From the NCBI GenBank assembly GCA_965285935.1, contig OZ260665.1:32674001-32738000 (forward strand): 64,000 nt of DNA, given 5' to 3'. Positions 50,901 through 64,000 of the stretch are shown in pieces. Positions within the stretch are counted from its first letter, which is position 1; each line of letters starts with the position of its first letter. The stretch comes from Ophelia neglecta (taxonomy: Eukaryota). The notes below the pieces were generated by a model. That model ran no database searches. It saw only the letters and a list, made by a program, of their open reading frames with translations, and was not told the origin of the DNA. Made by a program: the position numbers and the translations under genes.

Positions 50901-53900
50901 CAGCGTACAGTTGTGCAATTACTTAGAATAAGCAAAAATGCATGTTGAGCAATTTCACAACGATAGCCTAGTCACGTGACTGAAAATGATTTTTCAGTTA
51001 ATTTGGTTATTGCCCGTACAGCGAACATTCCATACTGTGTAAATATTATGATTATGTCTCAGTGTTTTTTTTCTTTTTAAGTACATGTAATTGGCTAAAC
51101 TTGCAAGCTAGACTAAAAGTCATTATTTCCGTTTGTGAATTAATGATGTAATTTAATATCGAAACATTTGGGCAAAAATCATTGTAGGGTGGCTTCCGAA
51201 CAAACGCCTAGAAATAAATTCTGTGTGTGGATCAGCGAGTGTGTTCATTCAGGATCTATGATCTGTATTAGCTCCAATGGCGAACTAATGTGTGTGCCTT
51301 CAACCTAAATGAAATTAGGCAGTAGTTAGTATGTTTCGATCCTGACCTCTGATTCAAATGATCACTTTAAAGATAATTTGAATTCCTCCTTACTGAATAC
51401 CGTCAGAGACCTTCACACATTGGACACTCTAAATCAAACTAATGCTGAAGAAACTGGCTATTTGTGTCATGGACGGTTCCAATTATCTTAAACATTAACC
51501 AGCATCCATCAAGTGTTCATTACATTATAGGCTAGCCTACATCCTTAACTTATGGTTGAGAATTTGAAATTCATAGCACAACCGTTTTGAAACAGACTGC
51601 ATTCAGACGGTAGGGGAATCAAATGAAGTGTTCCTTTCTACGTGTTCAAAACTCTTGCTCTAAAAACTAAGATATTAAACCAAATAAGAGGCACGGTGTT
51701 GTGCAGCATGAATAAAGACGTATTTTGTTCGTTTAATTTCAGCTTGCTAGGTAGCAGTAAACTCAGGATGCTTTGGAGTTTCTTATCATTAGTCAAACAG
51801 AGCACACCACAATGTGATCGCCTCCTCCTTTAGACAGAATGGTTTTATAAGAGATATTGGCATGTCGAGCAGTTCTATAGGCCAGTAATTGCTTGCTCAT
51901 TGCATGGAAATGAGGGCTTGGCTAATATTGTCTCTGGCCTTTCGTGAATACAACATGAGATGTCACAAAAGTGGCAACCTTTCGAGGGAATTGATTCAAA
52001 CACATTTGATGCCGCCATGTAAAGGAATATATTTATAATGGTTTAGAAGTGAAGTTTAACTAAGCAGGTATATAAGTCATAGAATGTTTTATGTTTCCTT
52101 GTATGCTGCTATAAGAATCGATTCATCATATTGTGTGAATAACTGAATAAGAAAGGGGGTTATCTCGATTCTTATGAATCAAGCCTTCCGGAAAGAGGCA
52201 GTGTTTTTAGTAGACATATTCGATCACCTCAAAGAATGTAATGGAAAAACCTATATTAACCTATATTAGCACAATTAAACATATTTCTGTTATAGCTATT
52301 CCTTTAGTTTCCATAATAATTTAAGATTCTTATGCCAATTTAGAAAGAAAAACAACATGTTTACCACCTGGTATGCATACTGTGACCTGGAAACAATCAC
52401 GTTTCCGGCAAAAAATACCTAAAAGCCTACATGTTTGGCTTTCAAAACAACCATGGGCACTAAGTTATGCTTTCCAGAAAATTGTCTTCTAGGGACGTCA
52501 TTGCTTGAATTATTCGCAAATTTATTCCTGTTACTTATCATTATCCTGTCGTTTGAAGAGTTGTTCATTTATGACACAAACATGTTTACCATGAAAACCA
52601 AGGTACATATAATATTACCACTCATTCCTGGAGAAGTGGGGGCTGCGTGGGTGATGGGGGGTGGGCGGGGAGATGGGGCGCAGCCCAGAGATTACAATTA
52701 ATCAGCGACGAGGAATTGAGCACGTAATGCACAAAGCATGAATGTAGCCATAAGACTCCCCGAATAAACAAAGAATTTGGGATAATTCGAAACAAGTATA
52801 TTATTAGTGATTTTAATATTTTGGCTTGATATGTATCTTGTTATATATAAACATATATTAACAAAAAGAAAGCAGTACATTTTCATTGTTTTCCTGTGTT
52901 CACGATACAATGTTTCGGCGTCTTTAAAGCCTCACCCTCGAGTTTACATTTTGATACACTAAAGCTTTAAAGTAAAACTATAATAAAGAAAATTTCTTCT
53001 TATATATCAGGATGGAACTGTGTGAAAACTACATAATATGCGAGTCCCATGTTACTTCTTCGCATGGCCCTTAAGGCTCACCAGTCATTCCGCCCATTGA
53101 GTCGTTAGAAAGGCCACTAAATAAAATCAAGTTTCGGGCGCGAACACCGGCAGCGAGGCCATATTTAGCACTGATTTAGCTTATCAAACCATGGTATAGT
53201 TATTTTAAAAACGGAGGCCATGGAATAATATGGTAATAAAAATAGAATATCTGATTGCCAAAACCTGGACATTTTCAATTCTTGTTTCATATACCAGCAA
53301 ATTGGCTCTGGGGTGTCATATACACTGGACTAAATCCAACTATCTTAATGTACATTTCTAGATTTAGCATCGATTAATGTTTTGGACTTGTCGGCAGATC
53401 AGCTTAGCTACCAAAGTGATGTAGGGGCTTGTTAAGATTAGGTAAAAATAAAATAAAATTGGTTTGTGTGTGTAACACAGGACAACAGATACAAAACTTG
53501 AACTTTCATTAAAAGCAGGTCTGTTACTACAAAAGAACAAAGATCGTCCACGGTATAGAAAGCGGAGACACCTGGCTGAGACATCAAGGCGTTTCTTATT
53601 GGCAATAAAAGCATCAAAAATGATCAAAATGTGAGCGACATTGGAGACCCACACCTTCTTTATGCTATCAAACGTAACAAAAGACAACATGACTCGGAAG
53701 ATTGCGTGAACTAAGCAAACTGACGCTGAAATCAACAAAAATATTGACGTAAAAATCAAGTCACGTTTATAACGCAAAAGCTTACATAAGAGGTCGTCTC
53801 AGAAACTATAAGGCATAACATGAATGAAAGGCGTTCTCGAGAATGGGGGATACGTATTCACAAACTCCATAAGAGACCGAAAGAAGTTCCAAGAACCGCC

Positions 53901-56900
53901 TTTGCAAAGATCTTGGCAGACACCAAATTTAGTGGTTTGTACACGCTCGATGAGGTTCAGCGCGCAGATGAGCACATGGACCGGCGCGGGTAAAACAGAA
54001 TGGAAAGGAGCGGGTTATAATAGCCATTTTTTTCTCGCCCCTAAGAAATTCGATATTCAGGGATGCCAAAATCACTATTAACGCCAAGAGCAGCAATATT
54101 TTCGTCATGGATTTAAGAAGGACCGCAAAAATGAGAGCCCGACTTCAAATACGAGCAATACACGCTCAGGGTTAGAATGTCATATTCGGAAAGGGACATC
54201 TTATCGTCAACTCTTAAATACACGCAGTACCCATAAAAAACAATAAGGATCCGATATGAAACCGTTTACCTGAACTATTAAGTTCACGGTTAATTACCTG
54301 GATAGCATAATACTTATTATTATCTTATTTTACTTCATTATTTCTGATACCATGCAACATTTATTATTAAACGCGATTGATTTGATAATTTTCTCATCAT
54401 GTTTACAGTTCTATTCACATATGGCTGGCAGTAAAAGAATACACAGGGATCCATAACTTAAAACATGTGATTTGCCTATAATGTTTTGATTTCTGTTATA
54501 AGTTGATTCGCTTTCATATTACCATTCACTGTAAGCGTTCTTATTGTTCAGTGCCATATAGATGAGGTGATGAAAATGTTCATCATTGCAAGACACTGAT
54601 ACTGGTTAGAAATGTGCAAAAGGGAATGTTAGGATCAAAATTATCTGATCACAACCAGACAAAAACTGGTTCAATGGGGGCATTTGGGGATGTTAGGATA
54701 ATGGAGTGTCTATTTTTTCTGTATGCTGATATTATTTGGCTGTGTTTAATTTCGCTTCCAAATCATATGATTTTCTTAATGATGTAAGTGGTGATATGGA
54801 GAGACGTATTGGTGATGAGAGCAAAACAGAGCGTCTGTTGGAGTACCCAAGGCATTGCCAAACATCAAAATCAGATCAGTCCATCAAGATTGGGAATGCA
54901 GATATCGAAGCAAGTGAGGTAGCTATAAATAATGGACTTAGTTTCAGAGTGACGGCTTTTTGACTAGGCAAAAAGACAATGTATTTGGACCTAAAAAACA
55001 TGAGGCAAATGAAAACGTGTTTCATTATGTATGCACTGATAGCAGTTGTTCACGCATTAGAGACCTCAAAGCTTGACAGCCTGAACATTGTATGCAGGTT
55101 GGCCAGCTAAATACATGAACTAGCTGCCGACGGTGCAGCTTTCAGCGGCAAGGATGATGAAAAGAGCAGGATTTGGAGACCACTTCATACATCATACCAA
55201 AAACTTGACCTACTCATCAGTGAAAATGATAGCTTATAAAAATGAAACAAGAGTGAATTCCCGGCTGACAAAGCCAAGGATTAGTCAAGAAAAGTCCAAA
55301 TCGTTTCGAAATTTCCCGAACGAGTCAGTGGACAACATACGACAGAGATGATATATTCCTTTGGACAATCAATGATGGTGTTTTCAAAAACAGCATCATT
55401 AAAAGGTGTTTTAAAATTGGGCGATTAATAACGAAATTGTCTCAATAAATGTGTTTGTGCACCCGTCGTGAGCTGAATGTCTGGTCCTGCTGTTCGACGG
55501 GCCAGTGAAGGGGTGTATTCTTGTTCTCCCTCAGCGCCGATAGCGCTTCACCGGATACTGGGACTCCAATAAACACGAAACAAGAAAAGGGTGTAAATGT
55601 CCTTACACATTCAAAGGGAAAGGGGTATTACATATCCTCGCTAGTGACATCAGATGTAAAATATTAAAAGAAATCAGTTATTTATTTTGACTGCCCACGT
55701 GTATCTGAAACTTATGATAGTATAAAACACATGGCACATGAGGCACAAGAACATTAAGATTTGAAATGTTCAAATGCCAAAATAATGCCAAACTAGGTCT
55801 AGAAATAAACTAAAAATGTACATGGGAGAAAGAGTTCTTCCGGGCGCCTCTCAATGACAAAATATATATTCATTTTTAACCAAAAGTACTCCTTAATATA
55901 TAAGGTATTCCCATTTTAGTATTTACTTTATTAAATATATTTCGTCGTTAAAACCCCGTTTGCGTATCAACTTAAATATGTATTATGTAACCATATCTGT
56001 TATGGTAGCTTGTTATTGTATAAAGTAACTGTCACGAGGAACATTCCTTTTATTTTATACAATGAAGTATGGATTGTCGGTCGGTGTGATAATAAGCCTA
56101 GGAGGCGAACTGGTAGAGGCGAAGAAAGCAACCAAAAGACAGATATGTTGGCTATTATATTATCATCGAATTAACGGCTATGATACTGTAATCATCTCTA
56201 CAAGGATTGTGGGATCAAAGTACATTTTGTGATTACAAAATAAATATAAACACAGAGTGGTGCCTTATGATTGTAACAGAAGGTCAGCGAGATATTGATT
56301 CTTCGTCTTGTTATTAGTAGATAAAGGGGATAGAACAAAGTCAACAAAGACGCCCAGATTGAAGTAAACTGTCTTTGCGGTGGGAGATATGACAACTTCA
56401 AAGCATTCTCTGACAAATTGGCGCGTGTAAATTATTCTGCTGGTACAAATTGAGGGAACTTTTGGCAAGCGAACTAAAAGCTACGCTTTTTGAGTGAGAA
56501 GTTAGTGAGTGGTTGAATACGCGATATACTATGTAGAATTATTAATCAGGAATTGTGCTTATTATTATTATCAGTTCGGGCTGAATTCATCAAGAACCGT
56601 CAGCTGAAGGGTCGCACTCAGTGCCGTAATAGTCCTGTTGATGGAGAGGGGGGAGGGGGCAGAGAGGGGAGGGGGGGGGGGAGGCGCTCTTCCAAGCACA
56701 CTGCACACTTGTGTGCAGCTGCAGGTTCCGAAACCATAACCTTGACTAGGACAAATAACATACCCTTGGCTTTGGTAAATCTGACAAAAGGAACACTTGG
56801 TAGGAAAGGTCTATGAAAAAGCGAGCAATTTTTATGACTAGAATAACACCAAAGGGGAAAGATTGTGCTTCTACATGCATTATTATGGCCAAAATAACGC

Positions 56901-59788
56901 CCTGGGACATCTTTTATGATCACTTAACAGAAAATCAGACCTTTAGCTATGGAGATTTGGTAAAAAAAACCTGATCCTTGCTTAGAAACATTGTCCTAGA
57001 AAAAAGAATCTTCCGAGCGACGCACTCGTAGTATGGCCAACATACGAAGTAAACCCCCGGGGCCAACTGTAAATAAGTATGTGAGTAAATAATTAATAAC
57101 ATAATGTATTGGGTATCACCTTTCTGCTAATAAAGCCTTTTACTTAGACTCATTGATATGAAGTGATCTGACAAGAATATGTTTAGTTACGGCGTATCAC
57201 CAAATAACTATATTAACAACCAGGCTTAGGTTTTTGTCAATGAGAACGTCACTTCAGAGCTGTACGGCAGTTTTGTCTCTGATTATTCAAAACTCAGGCA
57301 GATTGTCTTGCGAAACTATTTTATATTAATTATACGTTCTAATTAGATTTACTAGCTTTGGGGCCATCTCGGCAACTGGCAATCCTTTGGTATACATAAC
57401 ATTTAGCTCAGGTAAGCTCCTGGATAATGATAACAGACATCATCTTAAGTATAAGCAATTGTTATCGATCTCGGAAGGAAGCTATGGGAAGTGTGACGGT
57501 GGCATGGTTTTTCCGGTTTTCTGACCAAGTGGAGATTTATCACTTTCAAAAAAATGCTGTGGCTGTGCAGGGTGTTCCTTTGCAGTGGCAGCAGCAATAA
57601 GATGCTCTTGGAACGCAATTTCAATATTTAAAAATGGCATTTGATGCATGATTCTTAACTGGGCATAACCAAATATAATATATGCTTAATTAAACTATTT
57701 AAACATTTTGTAAGTTCACACCATATACAATTTACACCTAGAACATCAATCCACATTGGAACTAAAGTAGTATTTCATAGACCTATATTGAATCCGAAGA
57801 GAGTTTCTTTATATTTGCATATTACAGCATATCAAATAGTCGATAATATAGAGGGTGGCATTAAGGAGGATGAAGTTGTCCAAAAGATTTGAGCAGAGGA
57901 CTGGGCAGTAATGGAAGGCACCGAGCTAGTCACTTCACTTAAGCTTCATTTATTTTAGTAATTGTTATTAATTGCATGACATTGCATTAATTGCATGACA
58001 TTGACAAAGCGTGTAATCAACAGCCACAAAAACACTTTCAAAAACAATATTGCGTAGTTCTCGACCACTAGTTTGTTTATACTATCACATGTATATGAAA
58101 CACAGCCCAGAGTCTTGTGTTATACCATGAATGCACAAATTCAGTAATCTTTCACGTTTGCATATTGTATGAATTGCCCATGCAAAAGGTTTACTAAGGA
58201 TTATATAGCGTATTCCCAGTCAGTTCCATTTGATAAACTTGATTGATTCTCGTCATTTCTCATTATGGAATTACGCAGATACAATCAAACCGGAATTGGA
58301 GTTAGAAAAAAGATAAGTAGAGTCCGAACACGGTTATTTTCACAGTGAACTTTACGAATTATAGTAGAAAGTCAGAAGAAAATCACGCGGTAATATGGTA
58401 CAAAGTCGCTTTCTATAACCTTTTCCCGAAAGGGAAAAAAAAAAGTAAAAAATTTGGGAATTGAAAGCATCGATACAGGAACCCTCGATACTGACCCAAG
58501 GAATGATGGCATTTGGCACAGGATTTGTCAGTAAAGAAACTGATTCATAAAGGCCTGTGAACATGGCTCAGATTTCTGACAGTAATGAGGCCAATATATC
58601 ACGCCCTAATCCCAGCTGCTGTCTCCAAGTACTATTCATGGCAATAATAATTCTTTAAACGGCTTACGGTAAAGTGCGAATGCGAAAGCGGCTGTACAAA
58701 AAGCTGCTTTACCTCTTACTTTATGTTACTATGAGCAGTGTCACTCCACCCCAACCCAGTTATACCCACTGCGAAACAATGACATATGGTTTGAGGTTAT
58801 AAAATGACTGATATCTTAGATTACTGTACTACCAATGCTGCTTTAGGCACAGCATTAGCTTTCGGCGTTTACACAAAGTCCTTTATTTCAACACCGAAAC
58901 ATAGCCTCTTAGTGTCGGCTAATATGATCAAAATGACAGGCCAAGAAACAAGTAAAGCCGAACTGAGAATTAATGGCTAAAATCAAGGCGGGTTTAATTG
59001 AAACAAAGTCTGTCTGGCTTAATTGTTAACTAAAAATATCTGTTCCTTGCAAATAATAGAGCAAGCGCCAAAATTTGAATTGGCGGTAATTGTGCGTGAC
59101 ATAACCAATGGCAACAAACTTGACATTTAAAGTCGAGGCTTACAGCAGCCAAATAATGTGTCCCATGTTCGGCGGTAATTTCTTTTCAGCCTCTATTTTA
59201 TCTATACAGGTTATTTGTAAACGTCAAGTTTACCATATGTATATATGATTTTCCCACCCCAAGACAGCCTATAGCCCACTCATTTTGTGCGTTTGTTTCT
59301 GGAGGAAAGACAGAGACAAAGGTGTGGCATGAGATGTAGACAGTCTGATGTTCTTGCCTACCAAAGTATTCCAACATGCGGCCCGGTCTTCTTTTCCCGC
59401 TAGAAGCCAATAACACAACAAATTGCTCGGGCATATTATCTATATAGTCTGGGATCCAAGGCCCAAAATGCAATTTTGAGATGACACCCCTGCTATAAAA
59501 TTTTTGACCCTTGGATCATGTTTGTGGTTCTGTTGGACATCTGAAAAGTGATGTTGGACACTTTGTTCCGATTGCACAAATTCTGCAGACACCCTTCTTT
59601 GATGGTACCTCGTTGAGACAGAAATTGACAACTTTCGGGGTAGGGGAAATATAATACATTATAACTCCGCAAAGGTTAACTCTATCATAACAAGCTACCA
59701 CTCATTCTGTTTGGCAGAAAGAGAGCTACAAAATGACATATTATGTGTTTTGATTAGATGAGGTAGAAGGCCACTAGGGGTAAAAAGG

Positions 59789-62228
59789 AATTGGATTTTT
59801 GGGGCTTAACGACACAGGCACCATGTGGGCCATTTCGTGTCTTAAGTTGGGTATAGTTTATCATTTATTGTACTGTCTATTTTTATTTACATGGGGATAA
59901 TAGTAAGAGGTAAGGGGTTATTGAGCTCTATTTTATAAACAAAATTTCTAGGTGGATTGGTCAGATGTTTTTCTGACTAAAATGTGTTAGTAAAGGAAGA
60001 TAAAAGGTTAGTTCTTGAATAAATAGATAAAAGAAAGTTCCATAAACTTTTTAAAATGGTTTCCATATTTTAGATCTACTACATTTTGTAGATCTATAGA
60101 TTTTAAGAAATTAAGGATCTGCTGTGGGCAGACCTTGTCGAATAAGGTTTTGAAGCTGTTAACATTATAAAAATGGTATCTAGCTCCGGCGAAAATCGCT
60201 ATATTCCAACAGAATATGTTGGATGGTAATCTGGCATTGGCAGGCCTCGCAAAAAGGTGGGTCCTCTCTTCTCAGAAGATGAGTGTGTGTAAAATGAGAG
60301 TGGCCAATGCGCAGACTAGACATGATCAAGTCGTCCCTCCGGGAGCAAGAGGCTGTCGAAATGATTTTGGTATGGTGGGGCAGACAGAGTGCACTTTGTT
60401 TTCTATGGCCTGGTCCCAGGCGGTTTGCCATTGTTTCCAGCCATACTGGTTAATCGGGCTCTTGTAGTCAGAAGACGGGATCTTAATTGGGAAGATGGGA
60501 TCTCCCAGAGCCTCTTTTGCACATCTGTCGGCAGCCTCGTTGACTTAGATGCCCACGTGGGTGGGCACCCACAGAAATACAGCAGTTTTACCTCGTTTGA
60601 GGATTTTATGTTTGGTTTCTCGTGGGACGACCTTGAGTCTGAGGCGATAACAAATTTTCTGTCTCTAGACTGGACGACATGGTCCAGAGCAAGATCAATG
60701 GCCGTTATTTCGGTAAAAATGAAGCTGTGATCAGGGAGGCGCATCCTGGAGGCGAAGGCATGGGCGACAGCTGCCTCCGCCACTTTCTCCTCGAGCTTCG
60801 ACCCATCCGTGAAGATGAAGGTATGGTCATGGTACACTTCTGACCGGACCTGATTGAACCGGGTACAATATATCAGTGGTGAAGTGTAGTTTTTACTACC
60901 AGTGACCATAAACCAGTCCACCACTAGTGGCCTATATGTCCATGGTGGTGTCTTTGGCAGTGCAGCATCAGCAATCCATCTGAGTTCAACGCCCAGATTT
61001 TCTAGGGGTTGCTTGATGCGGATACCAAATGGAGGAGTTGTGTTTTTGGCAGCAGATAATTCACTGTCCGGAGGGTCAAAGACACTCGAGAAGGCAGGGT
61101 TGGCGGAATCAGCATGTAATTTGACTGCATATTGCAGTCCTAGTCTCTCTCTTCTTAGGTGAAGAGGAGGCATGCATGCCTACACCTCCAGGCTGTCCTT
61201 TGGAGATGTTCGATATGCACCAGTGCATATGCGAAGGACCTTTTGTACTGGATCTAACATTTTTATGTAGCTCTTTGGTGAGGATCCATAAACAAAACAG
61301 CCATAATCGAGCTTTGATCTAGTATAAACGTAACAGAACCTTGCGATCAGCACCCCAGTCCATGCTAGACACGACACGAAGAAGGTTCAACGACTTTTGG
61401 CAACTCTGTCTCAAGTATTTGATATGGGGAAGAAAATTGAGTTTTTTTGCGTTAGAGCAGTCCTAGGAATTTAAAAGTTTCATCTACAGGAATAGGAGAT
61501 CCATTGAGGGTTAACTCTGGATCTGGGTAGATATGGATTTTTAGGCCTTAACGACACATAGACACCATTTGATCTGGGTGTAGTTTCCTCTTCCTGCAGA
61601 AGTGAACGCAGACTGTCTTTGACGGGGAAAACTTGAAACCATTTTCGTTCGACCATTTATGTAATTTGTAGAGACAGAGTTGCAGTTGTCTTACTATCGT
61701 GCGCATGCACTGGGATCTGTAGCCTGTCTGGAAGTCATCCACATATAAAGAGGGATCGGTATTTCTTGTCATGCAATTTACAATACTGTTTATTTTAATT
61801 GTAAATAGAGTGACAGACAGTATGGTTAGATAGTCGCCCCATTCTAACCTGGAATGACCGGTCGTCTAAAAAATACTTGTCTTGCAGAGACAGCTGGTGA
61901 GAGCTATGGGACAGTAGTTGGTACTTTCAGTGGCATCTTTTCCTGGTTTTGGTATAGGTATAACTATTGCTTTTTTCCACGAAGGTGGGAATGTTTCAGT
62001 TTCCCAGATAAAATTGAAAATGTCTGTGAGGATTTGGAGGGAACTAGGGGGGAGATGTTTGAGGAATTGGTAGTGGATTTGATCCGGACCAGGGGCCGAA
62101 TCGTGGGTTTTAGATAAAGAGCTCTTAAGTTCACTGACTGTTATTGATCTATTGTAAGGCATGTCTTGTTTAGTGTGGAAGTTGAATGGGATTTTTTCTT
62201 GTATTCTTTTATGTTGTTGTCAAATGTT
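59789..62228 (-). mobile_element. I/Nimb-clade LINE (RT + RNase H + C-terminal Cys/His motif), 5'-truncated and degraded
   Basis: SAPGPDQIHY, IPIPKPGKD..NYCPIALTSCLCK, LYVDDF, SKLDYGC, IFTDGSK, WVPTHVGI..NEAAD, LRIGH..CEACQC..H. 3' hairpin then GTTAAGCCCCAAAAATCCAA tail. 11-bp TSD GGGT[A/C]AAAAGG at 59778-59788 and 62229-62239. Central RT domains deleted near 61825-61865. Confidence 0.92.
61529..61570 (-). mobile_element. 42-bp LINE 3'-terminal fragment inserted in the Nimb-like LINE
   Basis: Flanked by a 9-bp TSD GATCTGGGT (61520-61528, 61571-61579). Sequence resembles the host LINE's own 3' end at 59792-59826. Confidence 0.8.
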
Positions 62229-64000
62229 GGGTCAAAAGGTGTGAAAAAGTCATGCCTGACCAAAATCTTAGGTTGCATGATGGGAGGGTGGGGTTGGGGT
62301 GGGAGGTATGGTGGGAAGTGGGGCTCTGAATGATACCTATCCAGAATAAAGTTCAGTCCATGACGTTTAGACTCTGGGGATAAGTACAAACTCCTGAAAA
62401 AATAATTGGGTCACAGGCAGTGACCAGATGTTTTATATGATTCGAGGAGGGGGTCTCTCCAAAGGGCAACATACAGGTGGATGTGGTGCCATTAATTCTT
62501 GTTCAATGAATATATTACTTTCTCAGTAACATTTGGGGGACCGAAAGAGTTGATTTCAGGTGTGGTTTTATACACATTGGATGAGTACGCTTAACAAAAA
62601 AAGTTAAACTGTCAAAAACCTAAGATTTTGGTCATGCATGACTTTTTCACACCTTTTGACCCCTAGTGGCCTTCTACCTCATCTAATCACAACACATAAT
62701 ATGTCATTTTGTAGCTCTCTTTCTGCCAAACAGAATGAGTGGTAGCTTGTTATGATAGAGTTAACTGTTGCGGAGTTATAATGTATTATATTTCCCCTAC
62801 CCCGAAAGTTGTCAATTTCCGTCTCAACGAGGTACCATCAAAGAAGTGTGTCTGCAGAATTTGTGCAATCGGAACAAAGCGTCTAACATCACTTTTCAGA
62901 TGTCCAACAGACCCCCAAACATGATCCAAGGGTCAAATATTTTATAGCAGGGGTGTCATCTCAAAATCCTTTTTTTGCACATTTGCGAGCCTTGGATCCC
63001 AGACTAATATAAGGCAAACAATATTGTAGAATGGAGGCTGCTTAAATCAGTTCAAAATGGCCGGCTGAAGCTATTTTTCATCAGTGCGTCTGGTGGCTCT
63101 AGAAAACATCACCTATGTTTTGTATGTAAACAAAAGCAACAGCCTCTAAAATGAAAACGATAGAAATGCATTGGAAACAATATATTGAGGTGAATATTAA
63201 TTTTCTATATCACGATTTGATGAAAACCCATCACCTGGCGTTGAAACCACCAAAGGCTCATTTTCTAGTATCTCAAGTACCCTACATGGTATTAATAATA
63301 ACTGTTTTTTTTTCGCATTGAAAATGAGAACTGTACAGAAGCTAAAATCTACTCCAATTATGCCAAATCCGTATACTTTAACATAAAATATATGTTCACT
63401 AATCTTCATTATGAGTCAAATTATATAGTTATGGGAGGAAAATGTCTACCCGTAAATGAGTGTTTACTATTGACCTAATCATGTGTCCCAGTGAGCTGCA
63501 TAAGCATAGTTCATTGGCCCTATACAATTTGATGGTCTAATTATAAATTACGAGAACAGAATAAATAGAAAATATCGAGTCAAGTGGCCAAAATTTAGCG
63601 AACATCTAAACTAATGTTTGTACAGAGACCAGCCGGGAGGGCGGTTTGTCTACTTGACATGGCAGGAAAACTAAGACAGATGTTGATGTTATTACTTGTA
63701 GCTTGGGAATAGAGCCTCATATCTCCAGCATACTATACACTTACTTGAAAAAATAAAGTCAAGCTCAGGAAGTGGACGAAGAGGGTTGGGATGAATGTTA
63801 GGCTAGTGTTATATCTCATACTATGACTAGCCTTTTATTAATTGTTATGTGATTAACTACTCCCATACAGTATTTCTTGCCCATACTTTATCGAACAAGT
63901 AAGGATTCTTAGCGGGGTAACGTTTTTTTTTATCATAATGTTATGATGAAACGCGAGTCATAATATGCGCTAAGATAAAGGAATAGAGTCTGCTTAATTA

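Larger units (their letters stand above)
59445..63006. mobile_element. Academ-type non-autonomous foldback element with ~390-bp TIRs
   Basis: Termini TAGTCTGGGATCCAAGG...CCTTGGATCCCAGACTA and a 3-bp TSD ATA (59442-59444, 63007-63009). Left arm 59445-59788 plus 62229-62275 is the reverse complement of 62618-63006. TAG...CTA ends with a 3-bp TSD match Academ. Confidence 0.85.

Noticed and set aside
45000-59400. Short ORFs of 60-137 aa in the upstream region
   Set aside because: No recognisable domains or splice-consistent exon chain, and many use non-ATG starts. They are expected by chance.
59440-62924. Duplicated small protein genes (MVACYDRVN... ORFs at 59516-59701 and 62739-62924)
   Set aside because: They are the two arms of a TIR read in opposite directions, with no coding signature.

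Overview
This is AT-rich animal genomic DNA, most consistent with a protostome (probably lophotrochozoan) invertebrate, and not prokaryotic. It holds one host gene, a rhodopsin-class neuropeptide GPCR of the leucokinin/lymnokinin (kinin) receptor family, on the minus strand. I can splice four coding exons by hand (43770-42913, 36634-36534, 18732-18642, 17280-17026) with GT-AG introns and consistent phases into a 434-aa protein. The rest is intronic or intergenic DNA rich in mobile-element debris: a frameshifted RTE-X-like LINE, two degraded CR1-group LINEs, an I/Nimb-type RNase-H LINE nested in an Academ-type foldback element, two PIF/Harbinger deletion derivatives, a TA-flanked MITE, a probable Helentron-associated element, short LINE tails with TSDs, and several tandem repeats. 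I found no solid evidence of a wholly new biological system. The best leads are an unusual Lys/Glu pair in the receptor's TM3 ligand pocket, a chimeric copy of the receptor's C-terminal coding end in its own 3' flank, three-level TE nesting, a cryptic ancient minisatellite, and a perfect 146-bp dimer with a partial hammerhead-like motif. All family assignments come from motif recognition, not database searches.
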